Virus record (IMG/VR): IMGVR_UViG_3300036770_003093
Coordinates: 32,001 to 96,000 of that record
Reading direction: 5' to 3' (one strand)
Length of the DNA: 64,000 bases
From: a virus
Lineage: Duplodnaviria; Caudoviricetes
Position 1 is the first letter of the stretch. The number at the start of each line of letters is the position of its first letter. Below are positions 1 to 10,898 of this stretch, piece by piece. The notes under the pieces were generated by a model that searched no databases, was not told where the DNA came from, and saw only the letters and a program-made list of their open reading frames with translations. A program made the translations under genes and the position numbers.

Positions 1-3000
1 TGTACCCCTAAGACCATCTACAAAATCTTTTAGTGAATTACTATTTCCTGTTTTAGATGGTTTAACATCATGAACATGCATTTTTCCAGCTATATCTTCT
101 ACTAAAGCCCTTTCATAATTTTTTTTATTTCCTTTTCCAAACTTATTAAGCATATCCATTTCATCAAAATCTAATATCATATTGTTATGATATTTTAATC
201 GTACATCGTGTACATCTAAACCTTTTTCCAGAATTTTATTATAATCTCCTAAACCTCTACCTACATTATCTACAACAGAAACTGCATTAGGCGAACCTGG
301 TATTTGTCTTGGTACTTCTACTTGTGGATATCCTTTCCACCAGTGAGGTGTATTAAAAGCTTTATCTTGTTGTATAAGTTGTTGCAAATCATTTGTACTA
401 AAGACTTCAGCCTGGTTTAATTTATCTTTTGGTACAATAAATTCTGTATCATAGTTTAAACTAGCTTTTTGAGCTTCAGGAAAATTTTTTAAATTGTACG
501 CCATACCTTCTTTTTTAGGTACTTTTAGTCTAAGTATGTTACCCTCATCTCCATCTAATCTACCCTCCATATAAAAATTCATTCTGCTAGGGTTTTTATC
601 AAACCATTGACCATGATACTCATCAAGTGCTTTTCTAAAAGGCTCAGGTTCGTATTTTATTCGATTAAGTTTTCCTTGTAAATGATATGGTACTTTTTCT
701 CCTTTTAGTATTTTATCTGCTATTAAATCTTCTAAAAATTGTTGTTCTGTGTAACCAGCAACAAAATCTTTAGGTTGTGTTCTATAAAGAAACATTTCAG
801 GATTTTCTTCTAAAGCTTTAGGATTTAATCTCCAAGCATTTCTTAAAGGAGTCTTTGTTGTAGCATATCTACCAGCTTGTCTTAATCCTTGTGCTCCTAA
901 ATTGACAGCACCTTTTGCTAATGGTGCAGCCATTGCAATCACTGTACCATAATCTGACATAGCTTGGATTTCTTCAGGAGTAAACTCTCTACGCAAACCC
1001 ATCATTCCAGATACTGGACTAGAGCCAATTAATAACTGATCAACACCTGTAAGGAAATCATTTATACTTTCTGGATTTTGAGCAATTCTCATTATAGAAG
1101 GTACACCGGTGTACTCTGCAAGAGGCGTGGGATCATAACCACCAGGTTTGAAATAACTACTTGCCCGCACTGGAGCATTTCTTATTACACCACGATTTCT
1201 TTCATACTCTTCAGCAGCAGTTGCATTAATTTGTCTAGCTGCTTTTATTGGATCTGGTTTAGTAGCAACATTAGTTGAAGATCTCTCCGCGGCTTTTTGT
1301 TTAGGTTCAAAATCTCTAAGCTGAGGTTTAGCTTTTGGCTTCTCCCAATTATATCTACCAGTTAATGGATTAGGTTGAAACAGTTGAGGATTAAATTGAC
1401 CTAGCATTTGAGCTTTTGGTAAAGAACCGCCAATTTGATATGGAAAATATTTTCTTGGTATTCGTATACCTGCAAATTTTATAGGCTGGTAATTAGAATT
1501 AATAATATTACTTACACCTTCACCTATTTCTTTTCTAAACAATGTTTTTTCAGGAAGTGATAATGTTGAAAAATCTTTATTTGAATAATTAGGACTTAAA
1601 TACTCGGAAGGATTTACATCAAACCTAATATTCATGTTTGGATTATTTCTTATTTCTGGTGGAAGAGTTAACTCCCCTTGTAAATAATCATCTGATACTG
1701 TTACTGATTTAGGTTTACCAGACATACCTTTAGCAGCAGGACTCATAGATTTTTCTAAATTTCTAATTTGTCTTTCTGATAATCTGTTAACTAGTACATT
1801 ACCTGGTCCAGGTCTTGTTTGCGGATAAAAACCAAGTCCTGATAAAACGTCAATTTTTTGATTAGGATTAGAAAGACTGCTATTAAAAGTTGCTGGATCA
1901 TATCCATACCAAGAACCTTTTAATGCTTTTTGTTCATCTGTAAGATTTAAATTACCTGCTTTTAAAAAACCTGGAATTTCATCTGGTTGCCAACGAACAG
2001 CATTAGCATATTGAGGAAGTTTTCCTCTTGGTATACTATATGCCAAATCTTTACCATAATCAACTACACCTTTTGGAATAGTATTAACAGCTTGTTTCAT
2101 TCCTGCAGTAACAGGAGCTTTAAGTGCTGAACCTAATACTGTTGCTGTACCTACAGCATCTAATGTATTAAAAGCTCCTTCAACATCTTCTGCCCTAAAA
2201 GATCCTTCACCAGTTAGAGGATTAACACCTTGTGTAGCATATTGAATCCCACCTGCAGGATTCATCCTAGCAAATGCGCCAACTGTCATTCCTAAATCAA
2301 CAAGAGTATTACCAGCACCTTTTAAACTAGTAACTGGATTTTGAGCAAATCTAACTGTTCCTGGAATACCTGTTAACTCTGCAGCTCCTTTAACACCTAA
2401 TACAGCAGCTCTTGATAAATCATCTCTTAAACTTGTATACTGGGGTGTTATTTTAAATTCTGGTAATGTTCTAGCTCTAACAAAATCTTCAGGATCACCA
2501 GACAAACTAGTAGTTAGTGTTCCTTGATTATATGCTTGCTCATATTCTGGTGTACCATATTTTACCTCATTAGGATTTTCTGTTTGTAATCCTGGTTGAG
2601 CTTTAGGTAATGACCCACCTGATTTAAAGTTTTTTCTAAAAGCTCTAAATGGTAATTTGTCTTTACCATCAGGGTATTTATGAATATTACTTTTTACTAA
2701 AGGTTTATCTTTTGAACCATCTCCTACATATTCATCATCTCCTACATAAATTCCTAAATGTGTTGGTCTATCTTTTTCATAGTACTGAATAATATCACCA
2801 ACTTGAAGTTGTTCATTAGGAACAAGGGTAAATCCGTATTTTGAATAATTTTCAAGGAAATCTTTGTTGTTAAGAACATCTTCAGGAATACCTGAATTTA
2901 AATTTGCTTCTTTAAATATATCACATACACCTTTTACACAAGTGTTGTCATAATACTTTTTTTCACCAGGAATAAAAAAATCTGAAATCTTTTCTGTAAA

Positions 3001-3447
3001 ACCTGCAGCAGGTCTTGACACATCATATAATTCTTCAACTAGTCTTTTTGCTGTATTAGCTAATCTTATGTTTTCTGGAATTTTTTCATCTATAACTGTA
3101 TACTCAGGTAAATTTATAATAGGTGTTGATAAACCATTTTGAGCCATGGGTAACTCAAGTACATTTAGACCAGGAACCTTGGGCTCCTCAAGTATATATC
3201 GACCACGAAACTTATACTTTTTTCCTGGATACATCATTTGTGTGTATCCTGTTTCATCCTGGCCTAGCACTGGATAAGGAACGTCTTCCATAGTGATATT
3301 ACCATCATCTGTTGGCACCAACGTAGTCATAAATGGAAAATCCCATTGACCTCTTTCAGATACAATGATACCTTTTACCTTTTGAAACATTTCATTAGGG
3401 CCCCCAGGTAACCCTTGACGAGAAGATTTAGAATATGCTTTTTTCAT
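1..3447 (-). CDS. Large modular virion/cargo polyprotein, partial (runs off the window edge, >1149 aa): N-terminal domain, NlpC/P60 peptidoglycan hydrolase, two ADP-ribosyltransferase-like modules
   Basis: Hand translation. ATG at 3447 overlaps the TGA of the upstream gene and the frame has no stop down to base 1 (MKKAYSKSSRQGLPGGPNEMFQ...). NlpC/P60 motifs NTCVKGVCDIF...LQVGDIIQY...HLGIYVG. Repeated linker GGSLPKAQ. Absent from the ORF track because no stop lies in the window. Confidence 0.85.
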   Translation of the reverse strand, partial: MKKAYSKSSRQGLPGGPNEMFQKVKGIIVSERGQWDFPFMTTLVPTDDGNITMEDVPYPVLGQDETGYTQMMYPGKKYKFRGRYILEEPKVPGLNVLELPMAQNGLSTPIINLPEYTVIDEKIPENIRLANTAKRLVEELYDVSRPAAGFTEKISDFFIPGEKKYYDNTCVKGVCDIFKEANLNSGIPEDVLNNKDFLENYSKYGFTLVPNEQLQVGDIIQYYEKDRPTHLGIYVGDDEYVGDGSKDKPLVKSNIHKYPDGKDKLPFRAFRKNFKSGGSLPKAQPGLQTENPNEVKYGTPEYEQAYNQGTLTTSLSGDPEDFVRARTLPEFKITPQYTSLRDDLSRAAVLGVKGAAELTGIPGTVRFAQNPVTSLKGAGNTLVDLGMTVGAFARMNPAGGIQYATQGVNPLTGEGSFRAEDVEGAFNTLDAVGTATVLGSALKAPVTAGMKQAVNTIPKGVVDYGKDLAYSIPRGKLPQYANAVRWQPDEIPGFLKAGNLNLTDEQKALKGSWYGYDPATFNSSLSNPNQKIDVLSGLGFYPQTRPGPGNVLVNRLSERQIRNLEKSMSPAAKGMSGKPKSVTVSDDYLQGELTLPPEIRNNPNMNIRFDVNPSEYLSPNYSNKDFSTLSLPEKTLFRKEIGEGVSNIINSNYQPIKFAGIRIPRKYFPYQIGGSLPKAQMLGQFNPQLFQPNPLTGRYNWEKPKAKPQLRDFEPKQKAAERSSTNVATKPDPIKAARQINATAAEEYERNRGVIRNAPVRASSYFKPGGYDPTPLAEYTGVPSIMRIAQNPESINDFLTGVDQLLIGSSPVSGMMGLRREFTPEEIQAMSDYGTVIAMAAPLAKGAVNLGAQGLRQAGRYATTKTPLRNAWRLNPKALEENPEMFLYRTQPKDFVAGYTEQQFLEDLIADKILKGEKVPYHLQGKLNRIKYEPEPFRKALDEYHGQWFDKNPSRMNFYMEGRLDGDEGNILRLKVPKKEGMAYNLKNFPEAQKASLNYDTEFIVPKDKLNQAEVFSTNDLQQLIQQDKAFNTPHWWKGYPQVEVPRQIPGSPNAVSVVDNVGRGLGDYNKILEKGLDVHDVRLKYHNNMILDFDEMDMLNKFGKGNKKNYERALVEDIAGKMHVHDVKPSKTGNSNSLKDFVDGLRGT

Positions 3448-6400
3448 CGAGATGAGTATTGAAGCTTTTCATTAAACGATCTTAGAATCATGTTTACATT
3501 TCCAGAAACACGTCTTCTAAAAAGTACATAGTTAAGATAGTGTCTAAACTTCTTACGCTGAGTTTGAAGTTTATTATAGTTTAGATTGTTTGGATTCAAA
3601 TCTTTTAAATAACCATTTGGTTGTGTGTTCCAAATTTGCCTTTGAGCAATAGGGTTAAACTCGCCGCGATCATCCGTGATATCCCAGAACTGATTAAAAC
3701 GAATTTTCTGTTCTTCTTTAGCATAAAGAATATCTATGCTGCCGGGGTTAATAATTGGATATGCAAGGTTTGCTATACCGTTATTCTTAGACTGCAGATT
3801 TAAGCGTAACAAACCAGAAGTTTGTTCTGTATTCCAGATCACTGCCTCATCAAAGTTGTAGTCTAAAATCTGAAAATCATCAGTACAGTTATTAAGATTT
3901 CTTGCAACAAAGGATTCTACAGTATATTCAACACTACGCATTGTAAATACTTGTTGTCCTGTTGCTACCGGGATCTCAATTTCAAAAGGATAGTCTACAC
4001 CATAATAGTTACAGTATTGCGCGCAGGTATTGTTGTGTCGCCATATACCAGATCCTTTAATACTAGAGAAGTGATTTTTTGAAGGTAATAATAGATCAGG
4101 TTTCCAATCATGGAAACTTATCCACATCTCATTTTTAAGGTCATAACTAATTGTCCATGATGCATCTTCAAAGTAGTTAAAGAATGCCTGATCACCGATC
4201 TTTACACGGATTACTCTATCAACAACAAACTCGTTAGTAGACGCATCATATAAAACTCGTTTGGTTCCTTTGTATTGATCCTTTAGATAGAAATCTTTCT
4301 TGGTAATATAAAGTATGGTGTCTACGTTTTCGTAGATTGTTTGCATACCAATACCGGCCACAGGGTTATCAATTAGTTTGAAGTTTGGAAAGTCTTTTAG
4401 CAATTCATATTGCATGTATTTAAAGAACCACCATTTCAAACCTGATAGAGATATCTCTTTTAGTTGACCGGTATACTGATATACTTTACCTTGATTTTGA
4501 CTAGTCCAAAACAATCCACCAGGGGTACTTATTACAGAACGTATGTCTTGACAAGACGCATACTCAAATGAGTTCTCAGCATTTACAATTCTTTGTTCCG
4601 CTTGAGAAAATAGTGCACCGTCGCCTAAAGTAACCTTTGTACCAAGATCAGTTTTAAGTTCATCTACACCTTGAAATATTACCGGGCTAGCATCTCTAAA
4701 GAAAAAGATTGCGCCATTTTTACTAATACTCTTGATCCCAGTAATATAGTTACGATAATCTTTATAGTTATTAGCTAAATAGATTCTCCAGCTATCTCTT
4801 ATCTGCTCATCTTGCTGAGGTAGTGAATACAATATCCGGTATGGAAAATATTGATAACAAAGTTGTGATACCTGCGGATCATAATTACGAGCTTGTAATT
4901 CACCCCAGGATATAAAGTTGTTGAATAACCTACTTATACTAAAAGACTCATCGTATGCATAGAAGTTATCAAACGGTATAACATTTGGGTTTGCGTTGAA
5001 CATGGTTTCCAGATCATTGAAACCATATGGATCATAGAACTTGTCTTTATCTTCTAAACCTTGTTCTCTAAACTCAGATAAGCGTTCTGTCTCAACAAAG
5101 AAATCTCTTACACCAGAATTGAATAGATAAAAGCAAGCATCAACATTATCAAAAACATTATTCTCATTATCTAAGTCATAAAAGTCTTCAGGCAGAATAC
5201 CACTACCTGATGATGGACTTGGCAAACTACCTGTTAAAATAGAGTTCATCGCTGAATTTACAGCTCCAGATAAAGTAAACTGTTTACTATTAACCCAAAA
5301 TCTAGGTTTTGTCAACATCCTATATGTATAGTAGTTGTATTCAAACCCATCAGGTTGACCATACAACCAATCATTAAAATAAAAGAATGTTGTCTTTTCA
5401 GTGTATCTCTGTATGTATGTGTCTCCACCAAAATATAAACATTGCGGCGCCGTAGTGCTATTAAGATTTAAACCAGAAGGTATAACTCTCTTAGTATAAG
5501 TTTTACCATTAACAGTAAAGCTAGATTGTATAAGAGTAGAGAAATCAATTTTCTGTTCGCAGTCTGTAATAGGAATTTGTTTAATACTATCTAGCTGACC
5601 ATACTGATTTTGTATTCTTACTTTAATACCACCATACCATGATGAGATATTTCTTTCAAACTCTTGTCTTGGATCTGAATAACTTGCTGGTTTAGCTAAA
5701 CTGTCATCTAGATTTGGTGGTAATAATAAGATTGTACTCTGATTATTAAGTGTAGTTTTTATACCAACAAAAGTATTTCGCTTAATATTATTGATTTTAA
5801 AATCCTCATCAAAAGTTATAAGCCCCGGTCTAATATATGCGTTTCTATCAATTTCTCTAGTTATGTTGTTAATAATTGGTCTTGCAGAATTTGAATAAAA
5901 ACCGTGGGCAATACTTTGAAGCGCATATTGAGCAAAAGGTGTAAATGCATAAATAGCACGCATTGCTGTTTCAGCACCTTCTGTAAAGAAATTAATAAAA
6001 TTAAAAAAAGGAAATAACGCATCAACAGCACCTAATGGAAGACCGTCATATGGTGTAGACTCATAAGTTTCTCTATACTCACCTGTTAAAAAACCTGGTA
6101 GAGTTTTTGCAAAACTATCATCTGCTGCTTGTGTTGCTTGCGATGTTGATGATTGACCACCAGGAAGTGCCGCTTGGCCTATTGCCGAAATACTACTTGC
6201 TGAAGTGCTACCTGCTGTAGATTGAAACGCGCTTGTAACATGTGCTCCTGGAATTGGAAAAAATGGAAAAAATGTTCCAGGAAGAGTTGTACCATTTAAT
6301 GTAGGTGGAAAAGCTATATTAAGACCCCTTGGTGAAGAATAACTTCTTTGCTTTTTACCATTAAGTTTAATGATACCATAAGCGGCACCTGCTATTACAG

Positions 6401-8486
6401 CAAATAGAACAAAAATGTTTTTGATTAATTTGAACTGTGGATGATCTTCAGGCTCCTGGAAATAATGTAAAGATTTACCATAAATGTTACTGTAGATCTT
6501 TAATTGTTTAGTACTTAGATATGGTCTATTAAAGTTTGTATCAGGTGAATGAAAACTTAAATAGTCATAAGTAAACTGATTTACAGTTGGACTTATATCT
6601 AAGAATGGATCTAGTTTAAGATCATTGAATGGGTAGTTTTGATACAGTACTGTTTCAATAAGATTACCCGTATTATCTTTTACATCATACTTACGCATGT
6701 TGTTGACAAGACCTTTAGCAATAATTGATCTGTTACCCTGACGTGTTCCTCTTAGTATTTCATACCCTACTATGTTTGTTATATCATTGCCGTCGTTGTC
6801 TTTAGGGAGCGCGATGTTTTCAAACCTTACACCCATGATGCGGATGAACTGATTTCCATTTGCATCTACCCTGAAATGCACAAGCTCGTTGCGATTTGAA
6901 TAACCATTAGGGTTATATTGATAGGTCTCAGGAAATTTGTGATGGCGAATATTTTTACCACACAAATCATAACTGCTATTAGGTATATTAAACACCCCGG
7001 TCCATGGCTGAGAACTTGAATTCCAAATATCTGGTTTATCATCAGGGTATATCTCTGTTGATTCCCAGTATCCCATATCACCTTCCGCAATGATTTGCCC
7101 TTGATAAGGTACGTCATCAACAGGCTTTGATATGTTTGGTGCAGAGGTAATAACCGCTGTGTTATATACCTGCCAGATTTCATTACCAGAACCCTCAGCA
7201 ATATTTTGTGCAGCATCTGCATTTGATACTGTTAAGAGATCATAGTTGTTATTTAAATTAGCAACACGCCCCGGTATATGATAAGAACGACTTTTATCAC
7301 CGGTATCATAAACCCACCTTATAAAAAATGAATATACCTCATCTCTTAAATAAGATGTTCTAAAGCCCCCTTTCTGATAATAATCGGCAGGGTATTCAAC
7401 AGAAACCCATTTAGCACCAATTAAGTTTGCTAGAGGTTGATAGTTGAAGTCTAACTTACCAGTTGGCCTAATTCTGAGTAAATACCTATTTACATCAAAC
7501 ACACCTTCGCTTTTCTCAAACACAGGATTTCTTAAAGGTATATTCTCAATAGGTACCGATGGTAACTCAGTAGCAATAATGTCTAGAGATATAATGTTTT
7601 GCCGGGTGCTGTAAACACCAATCCTCTTAGCAACAGTTTGTTGAGAAACTATAGATACAATTACAAGTTCAAACTCACTAAAGTTCTCTGTATCAGCATC
7701 CACTTCAATTTCTAAAGATCCTGCAAACTCAGAATCTCTATCAAATAAAACTTGAACATTACTCGGAGAAAAGTAGTTTGTTACTGTTTGTCCATCAATA
7801 CAATATGCTACTACTGCATAATATGAACCTGCTTGAAGATTACCACCACCGGGACCTTGACGCACCTTTAAACAAGGTGTTTTCATTAATGATGCTAAAC
7901 GCAATTTATCACAATCAAGCTGTGGTAAATCAACATATGTTGTACAACCATTAACTGTAGTAGGGTCTTGTTTCCATGGTGGACCATCCCACAATGACAA
8001 AGGTTGAATACAATCTTGTGGCCAAAGTTGTGGGTTACCAATGTTCATAACCCTGTCTGGGTTTAAACCATCAGCCCAATAAATTGACCATGTACAATCA
8101 GCATTTTCTCTTGATACACCAAGAATAAGATTCTCTTTCTTAAATGAAAGACAGTCGTCGTTTACAATTGTCAAATAACAACACTCGCTCTCATCATAAA
8201 GACCTATTTCTGAGTTAGTATTATTAGTAGAGTAAATAATCCACTTGTCACCAAATAGATGTGTTGTCCCTATAATTGGATATGGCGCAGCACCACACAA
8301 AAAGTTAGCAGGCTCATTTGATACTGTACCAACATCACCTGTAACAGTATTGTTTTGTAAATTTCTAGCATGTGTCCAAAAACCTTCAGGTAAGAATGTA
8401 GTATCTACATCCTTATTCATACCTTTTGTAAAAGGTCTTGTTACAACTGTGCTGCTAACATTTTCTGATGAACCTTTCTTTGCCAT
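3444..8486 (-). CDS. crAss-like tail stabilization/muzzle protein (P22 gp10-like)
   Basis: 1680 aa; N-terminal FTKGMNKD...WTHARN motif; position after ring proteins matches crAss-like gene order. Confidence 0.7.
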   Translation of the reverse strand: MAKKGSSENVSSTVVTRPFTKGMNKDVDTTFLPEGFWTHARNLQNNTVTGDVGTVSNEPANFLCGAAPYPIIGTTHLFGDKWIIYSTNNTNSEIGLYDESECCYLTIVNDDCLSFKKENLILGVSRENADCTWSIYWADGLNPDRVMNIGNPQLWPQDCIQPLSLWDGPPWKQDPTTVNGCTTYVDLPQLDCDKLRLASLMKTPCLKVRQGPGGGNLQAGSYYAVVAYCIDGQTVTNYFSPSNVQVLFDRDSEFAGSLEIEVDADTENFSEFELVIVSIVSQQTVAKRIGVYSTRQNIISLDIIATELPSVPIENIPLRNPVFEKSEGVFDVNRYLLRIRPTGKLDFNYQPLANLIGAKWVSVEYPADYYQKGGFRTSYLRDEVYSFFIRWVYDTGDKSRSYHIPGRVANLNNNYDLLTVSNADAAQNIAEGSGNEIWQVYNTAVITSAPNISKPVDDVPYQGQIIAEGDMGYWESTEIYPDDKPDIWNSSSQPWTGVFNIPNSSYDLCGKNIRHHKFPETYQYNPNGYSNRNELVHFRVDANGNQFIRIMGVRFENIALPKDNDGNDITNIVGYEILRGTRQGNRSIIAKGLVNNMRKYDVKDNTGNLIETVLYQNYPFNDLKLDPFLDISPTVNQFTYDYLSFHSPDTNFNRPYLSTKQLKIYSNIYGKSLHYFQEPEDHPQFKLIKNIFVLFAVIAGAAYGIIKLNGKKQRSYSSPRGLNIAFPPTLNGTTLPGTFFPFFPIPGAHVTSAFQSTAGSTSASSISAIGQAALPGGQSSTSQATQAADDSFAKTLPGFLTGEYRETYESTPYDGLPLGAVDALFPFFNFINFFTEGAETAMRAIYAFTPFAQYALQSIAHGFYSNSARPIINNITREIDRNAYIRPGLITFDEDFKINNIKRNTFVGIKTTLNNQSTILLLPPNLDDSLAKPASYSDPRQEFERNISSWYGGIKVRIQNQYGQLDSIKQIPITDCEQKIDFSTLIQSSFTVNGKTYTKRVIPSGLNLNSTTAPQCLYFGGDTYIQRYTEKTTFFYFNDWLYGQPDGFEYNYYTYRMLTKPRFWVNSKQFTLSGAVNSAMNSILTGSLPSPSSGSGILPEDFYDLDNENNVFDNVDACFYLFNSGVRDFFVETERLSEFREQGLEDKDKFYDPYGFNDLETMFNANPNVIPFDNFYAYDESFSISRLFNNFISWGELQARNYDPQVSQLCYQYFPYRILYSLPQQDEQIRDSWRIYLANNYKDYRNYITGIKSISKNGAIFFFRDASPVIFQGVDELKTDLGTKVTLGDGALFSQAEQRIVNAENSFEYASCQDIRSVISTPGGLFWTSQNQGKVYQYTGQLKEISLSGLKWWFFKYMQYELLKDFPNFKLIDNPVAGIGMQTIYENVDTILYITKKDFYLKDQYKGTKRVLYDASTNEFVVDRVIRVKIGDQAFFNYFEDASWTISYDLKNEMWISFHDWKPDLLLPSKNHFSSIKGSGIWRHNNTCAQYCNYYGVDYPFEIEIPVATGQQVFTMRSVEYTVESFVARNLNNCTDDFQILDYNFDEAVIWNTEQTSGLLRLNLQSKNNGIANLAYPIINPGSIDILYAKEEQKIRFNQFWDITDDRGEFNPIAQRQIWNTQPNGYLKDLNPNNLNYNKLQTQRKKFRHYLNYVLFRRRVSGNVNMILRSFNEKLQYSSR

Positions 8487-9535
8487 TACAGTATATATGA
8501 TCTTCTATAAGGATAAGCTATCTGATTCCATGGATAGCTCTTAAACATGTCATAGTATTTAGCATACATTGCACGCCGGTTAGTTTCCCAGAGCTGTTTC
8601 ATCTCAGCAAAGTTTGGCATGTTGATAAAGCTTAATGCTGTATTACGAGCAGCTCTATATCTGGCTTCTATTAACTGCATCTTGGCAGTCACATCTTCGC
8701 CGTTCATAAGGAGATTCTCGAGTATGCGTTGTTTCAGCGCGTACTCATAATACTCATTAAGATACTCATGATCTGGCACCAGTAGATTACCATCTTCGTC
8801 TTCTAAAGAACCTTGGTAGTTTAGATACACATTACCATGCTCAAAATTGACATATAGGAAACCATCTTTGATCCAACCCTCGTGTTGTGATTTCCAATAT
8901 AAGTTTGGGCAACCACATTCTACGTCTTGTGATTCACGCAATCTTAATGGGTGCACACTACGATAATGACGAGTTTGTGATTTTAGAATCTGTACAATCT
9001 CATACTGCTCTCCCTTTTGATTCACAAAAGTTCGCGGGCGCACGCATACATTACCATATGGATTATTAGGATCATACACATTAGTTTGTGTATATACAGT
9101 ACCATTATCTCCGGGCATGCACATAGCAGGTGTACAACCACAAGGTGTGCAACCACAATCTGCACAGTTTACTGTAGGCTCTGCACACTGATTAATTGTT
9201 CCAGGTGTTTCTGTATAAGTAGGAACAACCTTAACTTCTTCAATATGAGTACCTTGTGGAACAAACTCTTTTGTTGTAAGATCTGCACAAATCAATGCGT
9301 AGTTTACACTAAAGAAATCTTCTGGAAGTTGAACCTTATAATTACAAACTTCTAGTACAGTTTCTTTAGTCATGTAAATCCTGAGACCTAAATCATAGGT
9401 AACACGTTTTGCAACCTTGATCAAAGTTTGTGGGTCAATCATATTATCCAAAGCATATTGCCTGAAATCAACGTTGACGTCCTCTAACAAACTGTCAAAG
9501 GTTTTATATTTAATTGTATAGTTATACGTAGCCAT
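8486..9535 (-). CDS. crAss-like tail ring (tubular, P22 gp4-like) protein with a Cys-rich insertion
   Basis: C-terminal GFLYVNFEHGNVYLNY...DEDGNLLVPD...EYYEYALK motif; synteny. Confidence 0.65.
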   Translation of the reverse strand: MATYNYTIKYKTFDSLLEDVNVDFRQYALDNMIDPQTLIKVAKRVTYDLGLRIYMTKETVLEVCNYKVQLPEDFFSVNYALICADLTTKEFVPQGTHIEEVKVVPTYTETPGTINQCAEPTVNCADCGCTPCGCTPAMCMPGDNGTVYTQTNVYDPNNPYGNVCVRPRTFVNQKGEQYEIVQILKSQTRHYRSVHPLRLRESQDVECGCPNLYWKSQHEGWIKDGFLYVNFEHGNVYLNYQGSLEDEDGNLLVPDHEYLNEYYEYALKQRILENLLMNGEDVTAKMQLIEARYRAARNTALSFINMPNFAEMKQLWETNRRAMYAKYYDMFKSYPWNQIAYPYRRSYIL

Positions 9536-10206
9536 TACCGTAGAATATTCTGTTTATCATCTTGACCATCACTTGGAATACTGGCGCCGGCAGTAAGTTC
9601 TTTTAAAGCAAACTGCTCTATCTCAGCAAACAAGTAATCTGGTACATTAAAGTTTTGTTCCTGGCGCGGTATACACTGTTCTTCTGAGTCACACTGAAAA
9701 GCTCCAATATTACCTTCAAAGATTGCTTCTACCTTAATGGCTTCCCATGTTTGATTAGGTATATAGATATAATCGTTTATGATCCAGCAATAGACATTCT
9801 TGTTGTACTTAAAAGTACTAGTCTTAGTCATGGATGTGTATGTACCGGGATCAGTAATCGTTACAGATTGAGATCCATCAATAGATGTAATTGATCTAAA
9901 CATGGGACCATAAGTAGCATCTAAGATCTTTGGGAGTTTGTCTTTAGTACGCATGATGGTACAATTTGTTTTGATCCCAGAGCAACATGCTTCTATCTTG
10001 TCAACCTCAATAAGTTCTACACAAGGTAGCACGCTATAGATAGATGACATGCGAATAATCTTACCGCGGTCATCATCTCTCTTTATCAAGAGTTTAGCAT
10101 ATTTCAATATTACTGTATACAACATACGATCAGTAATGAAGCTGTCTTCATTGACAGCTTTCATTATACTCCGTAATCTTGATACAGCATCACCTATAGT
10201 ATTCAT
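9535..10206 (-). CDS. crAss-like tail ring/structural protein
   Basis: 223 aa, translationally coupled to neighbours; synteny. Confidence 0.55.
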   Translation of the reverse strand: MNTIGDAVSRLRSIMKAVNEDSFITDRMLYTVILKYAKLLIKRDDDRGKIIRMSSIYSVLPCVELIEVDKIEACCSGIKTNCTIMRTKDKLPKILDATYGPMFRSITSIDGSQSVTITDPGTYTSMTKTSTFKYNKNVYCWIINDYIYIPNQTWEAIKVEAIFEGNIGAFQCDSEEQCIPRQEQNFNVPDYLFAEIEQFALKELTAGASIPSDGQDDKQNILR

Positions 10207-10787
10207 ACATCAAATTCATTATAGTTAACCAGAGACTTTTCAATTAAGAACTTGCTCCGGCGTTTTTTAATTTGATCTTCAATTAGTTTAGAGATCTTCT
10301 TTTTACTGTCTACTACAATATATGTCTGCCAATAATCAGGAAAGGTTTTAGCAACAGTTCTTGAAAATAAACGCGCGGGTTTAAATTGCCATAACTCTCT
10401 GTTAGGAAAAGTATAACGGCTAGCATAATTGCTATAGAAGATCTTACCTAAATAACTATCAGATCCAATATTACTATGAATAACCTTTACGCCATATTTA
10501 ATTGATTTACCAAAGTCTATATTTTCTTTTTTAGGTCTTTGACAACTACCAATAAATACGTATCCCATTCTTTGTGGTAACTCTACACCGTCTCTGTTTT
10601 CAATAACTCTTTCAGTAACTTCAATGTTAAACTTCCTGATCACAGTTTTAAATTCTCTTATTGATAGCTTAGGCATATCAGGATTCTTTTCTGCAAATCT
10701 TTTTAAAAAGTCAGCATCAATCAAACTGATTTGTTTTTGAGCGAATCTAGGGAGATTTAAATCAGGCTTTTTAAACGCTTTATTCAT
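10203..10787 (-). CDS. IHF/HU-like DNA-binding protein of the crAss-like structural module
   Basis: Basic; helical N-terminus followed by GVELPQRMGYVFIG and a WQFKPAR motif resembling HU/IHF arms. Confidence 0.5.
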   Translation of the reverse strand: MNKAFKKPDLNLPRFAQKQISLIDADFLKRFAEKNPDMPKLSIREFKTVIRKFNIEVTERVIENRDGVELPQRMGYVFIGSCQRPKKENIDFGKSIKYGVKVIHSNIGSDSYLGKIFYSNYASRYTFPNRELWQFKPARLFSRTVAKTFPDYWQTYIVVDSKKKISKLIEDQIKKRRSKFLIEKSLVNYNEFDV

Positions 10788-10830
10788 AATTATAATATAC
10801 TAATTATATGGCTTCTTTACAAATATATAC

Positions 10831-10862
10831 AAAAAGCAAGCCCCCATTAAAGGGGGCCGCTT
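10831..10862 (-). terminator. Intrinsic terminator
   Basis: GCCCCC/GGGGGC stem followed by a T-run on the minus strand, downstream of the 296 aa ORF. Confidence 0.6.
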
Positions 10863-10898
10863 CGTTGTCACAGATAAACCAACAAACTGAGACATATT

